In this document: positions 55,691 to 64,000 of the stretch, one piece after another
How the letters are laid out: every line of letters begins with the position of its first letter
How positions within the stretch are numbered: the stretch's first letter is position 1
DNA from: Spizellomyces punctatus DAOM BR117
Taxonomy: Eukaryota
Reading direction: 5' to 3' (one strand)
Length of the DNA stretch: 64,000 nt
Assembly: GCA_000182565.2 (NCBI GenBank)
Contig: KQ257455.1
Position numbers and translations under genes: made by a program
The notes under the pieces: generated by a model
Databases searched by the model: none
Told to the model about the DNA's origin: nothing
The model's input: only the letters and a program-made list of their open reading frames with translations

Positions 55691-57540
55691 GTGCCCGTCG
55701 GCGGTGCGGAGATTGCACGNNNNNNNNNNNNNNNNNNNNNNNNNNNNNNNNNNNNNNNNNNNNNNNNNNNNNNNNNNNNNNNNNNNNNNNNNNNNNNNNN
55801 NNNNNNNNNNNNNNNNNNNNNNNNNNNNNNNNNNNNNNNNNNNNNNNNNNNNNNNNNNNNNNNNNNNNNNNNNNNNNNNNNNNNNNNNNNNNNNNNNNNN
55901 NNNNNNNNNNNNNNNNNNNNNNNNNNNNNNNNNNNNNNNNNNNNNNNNNNNNNNNNNNNNNNNNNNNNNNNNNNNNNNNNNNNNNNNNNNNNNNNNNNNN
56001 NNNNNNNNNNNNNNNNNNNNNNNNNNNNNNNNNNNNNNNNNNNNNNNNNNNNNNNNNNNNNNNNNNNNNNNNNNNNNNNNNNNNNNNNNNNNNNNNNNNN
56101 NNNNNNNNNNNNNNNNNNNNNNNNNNNNNNNNNNNNNNNNNNNNNNNNNNNNNNNNNNNNNNNNNNNNNNNNNNNNNNNNNNNNNNNNNNNNNNNNNNNN
56201 NNNNNNNNNNNNNNNNNNNNNNNNNNNNNNNNNNNGGCATTCCGAAACACGGTATTGTAGTTTGACTCTGGGGATAGCTTGCGGGGAGAGCGTTCTGCTA
56301 GGCCAGAAACGCTGAATTGCTCTCCAAATCTGAGGGGAACTGGCAATATCGGCACTGCCGTGGCAGGACCACACTGCTACCGCATTGCCGATGTTATCAC
56401 GCCCCCTATGCGGAGACGCGGCACTGATGATTCGAGTCTTATGGACGTTGAACCATCGGAAATTGCGGGTAGGCGCAGGTCCTCCATGTGCCGTTGCTCG
56501 TCGGCGGAAATCGGCCTTTGTCATGCTTGGCCGTGATCAGCCGCCCTCCCTGCTCGCTATCCATCGAGTCCGCCATATATATGACTTAAACCATCGTGAT
56601 CTCCCAATAAAAGCCCGTGCTTGATCAAGGCATCGTGCTGGAGTCAACTCATGGTTCCTACTTGGAACTCTCAGGTATGCTGTTGGCAAATGCCGTAAGA
56701 TATAGGCGTAGCGCTTCGACGTGAAGGGTCTGGAAAGGGAAGTCGCCACCGCGCAAGGGGTGCTGAACGGCTGGCAGTTGAATGTTGACGTCCGAGGACG
56801 ATCTCTTTGCTCGCCATTGAAGGCACGCATAGTAAAAGACATGGCACACGCCTTAGCCGGCCTCTATGCTTAATCTTTGCGAGCTCGTTCTGAACTGAGA
56901 GATCCTGCTCGGACGCGAAAACATCCTTGCCTGTTGGAGCACCTTTGGCTGGCTGGATTTTGGAATCTGATGAATAGCGTTGTCCAAAAAGTGGATCGGT
57001 AGCCCAGTGTGCGATGTAATCTTATGTGCTCTGTCTTTTCGTAAAATGCTATCTGCTGTCAGCAACCCATCGCTGTCTAACTTCCGGGCAATGGCGTTTT
57101 TTTGGCCGCCGTTAATGACATGAGCGGGTCAAGTTCCACTGCCGATATTAAAGGCATGGACGTTCTGACATCTGGCAAGAAGGTGACTTTAAGCCCCTCA
57201 TTTCTTAATCCTGACTGCAGACAGCCGGATAGTAACTCAATACGCAAGCTCTTGTCAGTTTTCATGAGGATTGCATGGAGGTAAACATTGCCTTTAAATA
57301 CATATCCGGGATCCTTTGTGGATTCCTTGTAGTGTTTGTCGTAGGCAATAGTAGGAATTCGGCCATTCCCCTTCTAATCTAGTTTCCGAGCATCGCACGG
57401 CCCTTTTGGGGGGTCTTCCGTCCATTTGCCTGCTCCCTTTGAGCGTTTGACTTGTTGATATCGCTGCGCTTATTCCAGGACGCGCGTGACGGGGAAACGA
57501 CGGTCGCTTTTCGTTTAGGCATCTTTCAAACTTTTTGGAC

Positions 57541-58616
57541 ATGACAGATCCCTACGACTTTTTGTTGGTATGCATCACTCTTTATTCGTTTTTCCATCAG
57601 TAGTACTCATGCATTAGCAGAAGTGGATTATTATTGGTACAAGCAACTGTGGAAAGTATGTATTCGAGTTGGTTTCGCATATCCAACTTTCCCAACAGCA
57701 CTGACATTGCGATATGCAGATCATGTCTCTTGTCACGCTTTGTTGAAAACAAGTGTAAGTATTCAGTCAACTAAATATTTGGCCAATTGCGCTGACAATG
57801 TGTGCACACACACAGTCAAGGCTGGTTCGGCTCACACGGTCGGCATAGAGTTTGGGTCCAAGGTGGTAAAGATTGGTAACAAGGCGGGTACGTGTAAAAG
57901 TTCTATGCGCAGCCGTTTCCTATACCTACGTACTTGCAGCGACTCACGGCCTCTTTTTTTCCCAGTCAAACTCCAAATCTGGGATTCAGCAGGTCAAGAA
58001 CGATTTCGGGCCGTCACGCGCTCGTACTGGAGAGGTGCCGCAGGATGTTTACTGGTCTATGACGTGACATCCAGATCTTCATTTACACAGCTCAAGGGCT
58101 GGTTGGATGACGCAAGGGCCCTCGCATCACCGGACGTCGTGGTCGTACTGGTTGGGAACAAGATGGATTTAGAAGAGTATCGGGAAGTGAGCTTTGGCGA
58201 GGCGACAGAGTGGGCAAATGAGGAGGGGTTGGTGCATGTCGAGACGAGTGCGCTTACGGGCGAAGGGGTCGAGGAGGCCTTTTTGACGGGGGCGAGGAGT
58301 ATTCTTAGTGCCATCGAGACGGGTGAGTATCTAACACGAGTAATGCACAAGCGCTAGGGAGAGGAGCATGGCTGGGCATGTGCTCCTATGTGGTTGGAGA
58401 GGGAGTGGGTAACGTAATGAACACTTGCTCTCCTATGCATAGTGATGGCCATCGCCTCGCGGTACCCAAATCTTATCACACAGTTACTCATACGACACTC
58501 CGCTAACAGGCAAGATCGACCCAGACCGAATGGGCACAGGCATCCAATACGGCGATCTAGCACTTTTATCACACAAGAGTCTCTCTACCGAGAAGCGACG
58601 AGGATGTTGTTCATAG
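57541..58616 (+). CDS. RAB4: Rab GTPase of the Rab4/Rab14/Rab2 group, most like Rab4
   Basis: YDFLL|KWIIIG...[67 protein letters not shown]-terminal CCS*. Confidence 0.8.
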
Positions 58617-59225
58617 CTTAGTAGTAGTTTTATGTTTCTTAATTTTTTTTCTTTGAATATAGTGAATGGCCGTCTATGTCTAATGCAAGGGCAGAGTAAA
58701 GCACGTTGGAACCGCCATTGGCATGATTTCCTTGTCTTTGGTGTTTCCAACAGGGAGACCTTTTTCGGCTATAAAAGATTAAATGAGATACGTGAAATCG
58801 CAACGCTCAGCGTTGACCGCCGTGCTCCCCCCATGAGAAGCTACAAGTATCGGTCCAATATTTGAACGAGATGCGGTGATGCTCCATGTGTTCTCCAATT
58901 TGCGCACTAGTTGATGGATCGAATGCAGACTCGTGAGTCCCAAAGTTCCAGGTATCTTCAATCACAAGGACAATTGTTCCAAATTCAGTTGTAAAAAGCA
59001 TGTCGGCATCCTGTTATCTGAGAAGTGGTTCCCACAAACCTATAAAAGGCCACTTTGGAGGGTCTTGGCATCAGAAAGTGGGCAATTATGAGCAGCAACA
59101 AGCAACATGCAAAAGTCGTTTCATTGCAACAAGTCAAAGGTGTGCGGGTCCAGACGTGACAATTGCACATGAATATAAACAAAAAAAGAATCTACGACCT
59201 CTAAAAAACGATTGCTACCAGGGTA

Positions 59226-61156
59226 TCAAAAGACCAACTCATCCTTTTCCTCTGTAAAGGGTAACGGTTCCCCAATTCTCAAATCCAACGCATCACTTTC
59301 CTCTTTCTCCAGATTTTCCTTTTCTACGACATCCATTCCTCGCTCCCTTAAAGTGCATTGCCTCTTGCGTTCAGCCACAGCGTGTTGATCTATATCAATG
59401 CGGACCCTTTTTATCCCACACGGCGACGGGACTTTATACCCATATTCCGCATACCGAGGCGGGGTATCAACGTAGCCACAATTCAATAATCCTAGAAATC
59501 CGCGCGGGGAATCTGGGATACGGATTCGGGTTCGGTTGGCAAGGGGTGTGGTGTCGGCGGGACGAGTACATTTGGTGGGGTGAGGGGTACCAATGATCCA
59601 TGTATCTAATAGTGGCTCGTACCGCCTGATTGCAAAAGAGCATGTCATGAACATGGTGTCCAATGTGACATCAGATGCAAAGGAAAACATACCATCTAGT
59701 CCCCTTTTCAGGAGACGCCGCCAAAGCATTTTCCAACTCTCTCAACTCTCGTTTTAGTTTCTCAGCGTCCTCACACCCTTCAATCATTTCAAATTGGTTC
59801 AACATGGTGATAGTCACACGCAGCACCAATGGCAAGGCATCCAATTCCCTAAACCGCTTACGCAAGGCATCGAGATGGGAGTGTGTCGGCAGGTAGGTCA
59901 CGATGCTGTCCATATTGGACGTAGTGGACAGATTCGAGATGCGGTCCAGCGTCGCATCAAGGTCGGATTGGGTGGGACAGAGTTGCATGTACCGGAGCAA
60001 CAGGGCCAGTCGGAGTGTTGGTGATAATTCGAGCTGGGCAGAGTCCATGTCGAGACATAGATCCACAATTGTGTCCAAACACAAGCATCCGAACCCTCGA
60101 CATCCGATGGAATGAATCAAAATCCCATGCACCCATTCCCCCAATCTCGAACAACAAGGTGCATCCTCTCCAGCACGTAACACTACTCTTGTCGCATACA
60201 TTCTCAAAAGATCCGATTGCAAAGGATTCAACCCTTCCATCAACTTGCCGAACCCAATTTGATTACACTGATGGACGGTGAGGGTCTCTCCTATAATGTG
60301 CACCCATTGGGTCCGTTTCCGGAGGTTGAAGGCGGCAGTAAGGGACCAGTGCGTGTCGGCAATGGAATGTCTCCGCCGAAGACTCCAGAAATGATGTAAG
60401 AGCTCCCACGCCTGATGCATACGTGAGATGGTGATTGGGAAACACTAGGTCATATCTAGATGTACCTGTTGATGAGCCTGAACTGCAATACACACATCCA
60501 CCATGGACATGAACACCCGTTCAATTGGAATAAACGCCTTGCAAAGTTGAATGACGTGACTCCACAATGCCATTCTAAGGCGCACACATGTTAAGACTCC
60601 TTTTTGTTGTCACGATCAAACAACCCACACCCTCTCACCTCCTCCAATGCGGCGGCAAGGCCTCATACCAGGCCTCTTCCACATCTGCCTCCTCCTCATA
60701 GTCGCCAACTGGCATGTTTTTGGCAACAGCAAACGCGGCAAATTGCGCTAAACTGGGTACGTGCCCATAGCATTCTATGGAGGTCCGTTTTCGTGGTTTG
60801 CGACGAGGTGATGTACACCCCTCCCAGACCTTTTCCGCAAGGTCCTGGAAATAGTCCTGAAAGCTGAGGGTATGCCGTCGGAGTGGGGATGCATACGACC
60901 GGGTATCCCCTTGTAAGATGGGTGGGAGGGCTGTGTTATCTCGCGTTTCCAGACGAGTTCGGGTCCGTCCGTACTTGAAGGTAACTTGAGAGTGTCGCAT
61001 ATATCTAGCAGGTTTTGACAGTGGGGTTTCGACGGAGGAATTGTCCAACGGACGGAGATGGGTCGTGGCATCCTTTGCGGCATCTGCTAATGCAGAGAGT
61101 TTGGACCGAAGTTGCCGGAGTTGCCGACGGATCTTTCGGATATCTGTAAAATCCAT
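59226..61156 (-). CDS. Hypothetical protein (multi-exon)
   Basis: Long same-strand ORFs 60635-61156 and 59671-60420 joined by GT-AG introns; no family recognised; 3' end approximate. Confidence 0.6.
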
Positions 61157-61318
61157 CCCTCCCTTTTAACATCTACCCGTTCAGAAAAAAGCTCCAGAAA
61201 GTGTTCCAAAAAACACGCATCTGTCCGAACCCTCGAACGCGTAAAGGGCCCATTTGACAAACGCGCGCGTCAGCGACAAGAGCAAAAACAAACCTTCTAC
61301 CATTTTTGTCCATCAGAT

Positions 61319-62006
61319 ATGTCCCTCCTCTACACAAACCCCAAGCAAAAGCGCCGACAAACCCGTCCTGAACTCACTGACGAGCAAAAGCTCGAAATCA
61401 AGGAAGCATTCGAGCTATTTGATACGGATAAGGATCATGCGTTGGATTATCATGAACTCAAGGTGTGGTCAAATGTCGCGGGCCCAAAAGGTTGGAAGCT
61501 GTGCGTTGAACAGACTATTTTAGGTCGCAATGCGAGCCCTAGGCTTTGACGCCAAAAAGCCCGAAGTCCTCAAAATCCTGCGAGAATACGAAAAAGACGG
61601 ACAGGCTGGTCTAATTGATTTCGAAGACTTTAACAAAGTCAGTACGTATCCCCTCTGTCTTCATATCCCTCTGACTCTGCATGCGGTCTCACAACCACTC
61701 AGTGACGGAACGCATCCTCTCACGAGACCCCATTGAAGAAATCCGGAAAGCATTCCAATTGTTTGATGACGACGGAACAGGCAAAATCACACTACGCAAC
61801 CTACGTCGAGTGGCAAAAGAAATCGGAGAGAATTTGGATGATGATGAGCTGCAGGCGATGATTGACGAGTTTGATTTGGATCAGGATGGAGAGAGTATGT
61901 CCTGGTTGCCTGTTTTCTTTTTGCAAGAGGATTTGAAAAGCTTACTTGGTTTCCCCTAGTCAACGAACAAGAGTTTCTGGCCATCATGACAGATAACAAT
62001 GATTAA
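61319..62006 (+). CDS. CDC31: Centrin-3/Cdc31
   Basis: [82 protein letters not shown]. Confidence 0.95.
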
Positions 62007-62213
62007 GAACCCCGCTTGTACCCTACCACCCAATCCCCAAACCACATCGGGGACGATGTAAAACTCTTTGTAATATAGTTTTCGTGTTCAATATACTGCA
62101 CACCCCAAAGGCAAAAAGAAAGAGATCATGTAATATAAAAGGAACAGCCTATCCTCTCTACCAAAACCAGTGTATCCAAATACAACATGTACAAACACAA
62201 AATAAAATATACA

Positions 62214-63971
62214 TCAAGAACCAACCTCGTCCACGTCCACACAACACGGAATGACGACTTGTTTGTCAATACAGGGTGATATCCGCTGTGACGACTCTGA
62301 TGCAGAGTCTGAGGGCTCGGATGGTGAGGAGAGGAGAAGGGGTGACGGGCTGTCAGATGGGAATGGAGGGACACCGGCGGAAGGGTTGGTGACAGGGTCT
62401 GTTACAAGGTCCACGGAAGGCGAAGAAGAAGAAGATGATGATGATGACGACGACGGGACTGGCAGAGCTTCAGAACTGGCGACTTCCAAACCCATCTCTT
62501 CCGCCGCAACCGGAAAAGACGGTATTGCCTCCCCTCTCTCAGCTCTCAACACTGCCCTCACGGCCTCCAACGCCTCCCCGGACATTTGCTTAACTTCGTC
62601 CGCCACCTCATCCCGCGGCGTATACTCGGGCACCCACACCTCCCCTCCCACCACTTTATCATAATCCAGAGGCGGGACCAACGCCGGTTCCTCTCTCAAT
62701 AAAACGTCACAGTCATCCTTTCCAACGGATGCTAAAACGCATCCACTTTCCATGACCAATTTATCAGCGCCAATGAATTCAATAATGACTTGCAGGCTAT
62801 GTCGGACTTCGACATGGGCGGGAAGCAGTGTTCCTTCAGGGGGCACAGGGGGAGGGTTAGTGATTTTAGCGGTCGAGGGGGCAAAACCTCCAAGCGAGGG
62901 TATACGGAGAACGGTTTCGGATTCGGCATACAAGCCGTCTCCGCCACGGCAAATGAGGCCCGGTCGTGGTAGAGGCGACTTTTCACTCGGGGAGCGGACG
63001 GCTTCTTTTCGAGGAATGTGAGAGAGTTCGAATTCACCGTCGCTTGCCTCGGGTAATTGTTCGGTTTGTTCCCAACGCAGTAGTTCGGTGGTTCCCTTGA
63101 CTTTGGTGCCCTTCCGTTCAATCGGGAATTCCGGGTCATCCGCTCGCCCTTGACACCGCTGTTCCCCTACCACATGATGCTCCCGAAGGACCAGTGAAAT
63201 CTTTTTCAATCGCACACCCTTGCGGGCAGACTCGCTAGCAACAACAACGCGGTAGGCAAATCGAAGGGGATCACCAGGTCCCATAGCGACAGAGCCGACT
63301 TCAATGTCGTATTCTACTGGTACGGCACCTGGAGCGGATCTCCAGCGCCGAATATCGGGATGCAGGAGTGTGGGAAGGAGTCGGGGGTCGTAGACTTGGA
63401 AAGGATGGAGGGACGTTGTGGCAGTTCGGATCGTAGGTACCGCTCCAAATATAGATGAAAAAGCACCACCAACAACCTCCGTCAATGTTGCTGTCACTTC
63501 ATAAGTTACTCTCCCCTGATAGGTATTCACACCGCCAGACTGTCGACCGAGGAAGGCGCTAGAGGGGGGTAAAAGGTGCGGGGAGGGCGTCGTTCCCGGT
63601 GGAGGTGGAGGCAATGTTGCAGGATCAGGGTCAGGTGGAAATGGTACATCAAATGGAATCTCCAGCACCGTTCCAGGAGGTACCACTTCAATCTCAGTTA
63701 ACAAATCCACCGTCTTGAACAACAGCACATGCTCTCGTTTCGTCACGTCAATGCCTTCAGAAATGTCTGTGTACAGACACAATGCCACCCCGCTGAGTGT
63801 TATGCTCAAGGTCTGAATCCGAAGCGGGGCAGTTCGTCGGGCGAGGGATGCAAACCCTGGTTCATGGGATATGCGAACTAGTCCTCGAACAGAGCATTGT
63901 TCAATTCCATAAAAGCCTTGCAAGAGGTTGTTTGTGTCGGGGAGCGGGTGAATGGAGATCGTTGTTGGCAT
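62214..63971 (-). CDS. Arrestin-like protein (intronless)
   Basis: VRGLVRI..., LEIPFDVPFP...LPPS, GRVTYEVTATL, VEVRHSLQVII beta-sandwich pattern; PY-like PPLDY/VPEY and a Ser-rich tail. Confidence 0.6.
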   Translation of the reverse strand: MPTTISIHPLPDTNNLLQGFYGIEQCSVRGLVRISHEPGFASLARRTAPLRIQTLSITLSGVALCLYTDISEGIDVTKREHVLLFKTVDLLTEIEVVPPGTVLEIPFDVPFPPDPDPATLPPPPPGTTPSPHLLPPSSAFLGRQSGGVNTYQGRVTYEVTATLTEVVGGAFSSIFGAVPTIRTATTSLHPFQVYDPRLLPTLLHPDIRRWRSAPGAVPVEYDIEVGSVAMGPGDPLRFAYRVVVASESARKGVRLKKISLVLREHHVVGEQRCQGRADDPEFPIERKGTKVKGTTELLRWEQTEQLPEASDGEFELSHIPRKEAVRSPSEKSPLPRPGLICRGGDGLYAESETVLRIPSLGGFAPSTAKITNPPPVPPEGTLLPAHVEVRHSLQVIIEFIGADKLVMESGCVLASVGKDDCDVLLREEPALVPPLDYDKVVGGEVWVPEYTPRDEVADEVKQMSGEALEAVRAVLRAERGEAIPSFPVAAEEMGLEVASSEALPVPSSSSSSSSSSSPSVDLVTDPVTNPSAGVPPFPSDSPSPLLLSSPSEPSDSASESSQRISPCIDKQVVIPCCVDVDEVGS

Positions 63972-64000
63972 GAGTATAATGTCGTTGCTTTTTTCAAGTA

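Noticed and set aside
55065-55700. Possible CRISPR array
   Set aside because: Units are irregular, occur in both orientations and lack unique constant-length spacers; eukaryotic context with no cas genes.
56236-57290. Short minus-strand ORFs as a transposase or Ulp1 protease remnant
   Set aside because: Stop-interrupted, with no catalytic motif I can support.

Overview
Gene-dense, intron-rich fungal DNA with short GT-AG introns (about 50-70 nt, CTRAC branch sites) and three assembly gaps (22790-23295, 24926-25122, 55720-56235). The gene content (centrin, an SCLT1-like centriolar protein, class I aldolase, Rab4, animal-like calmodulin) suggests a flagellated early-diverging fungus, probably a Spizellomyces-like chytrid; this is inference. 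About 34 protein-coding loci are recognisable, mostly housekeeping (VRG4, FOX2-like, RPL9, MDJ1, ERT1, aldolase, SKP1, HSH49, HIS5, MTR3-like, RPL20, RVB1, RPS30, REP/MRS6, CMD1, AGC1, RAB4, CDC31). The standout is a pair of related ~720-750 bp non-autonomous elements (10057-10779 +, 43660-44409 -) with 28-bp imperfect TIRs and TA flanks. The second has a 5' CATA motif and a ~74-nt 3' end closely resembling the Fanzor (SpuFz1-type) omegaRNA scaffold as I recall it, so it looks like a protein-less Fanzor 'ghost' guide-RNA locus. Both copies share an internal TATA box, upstream repeated motifs, a candidate 63-nt spliceosomal intron and a frame-conserved micro-ORF. Exon boundaries were read by eye, CDS coordinates are overall gene spans, and no database searches were run.
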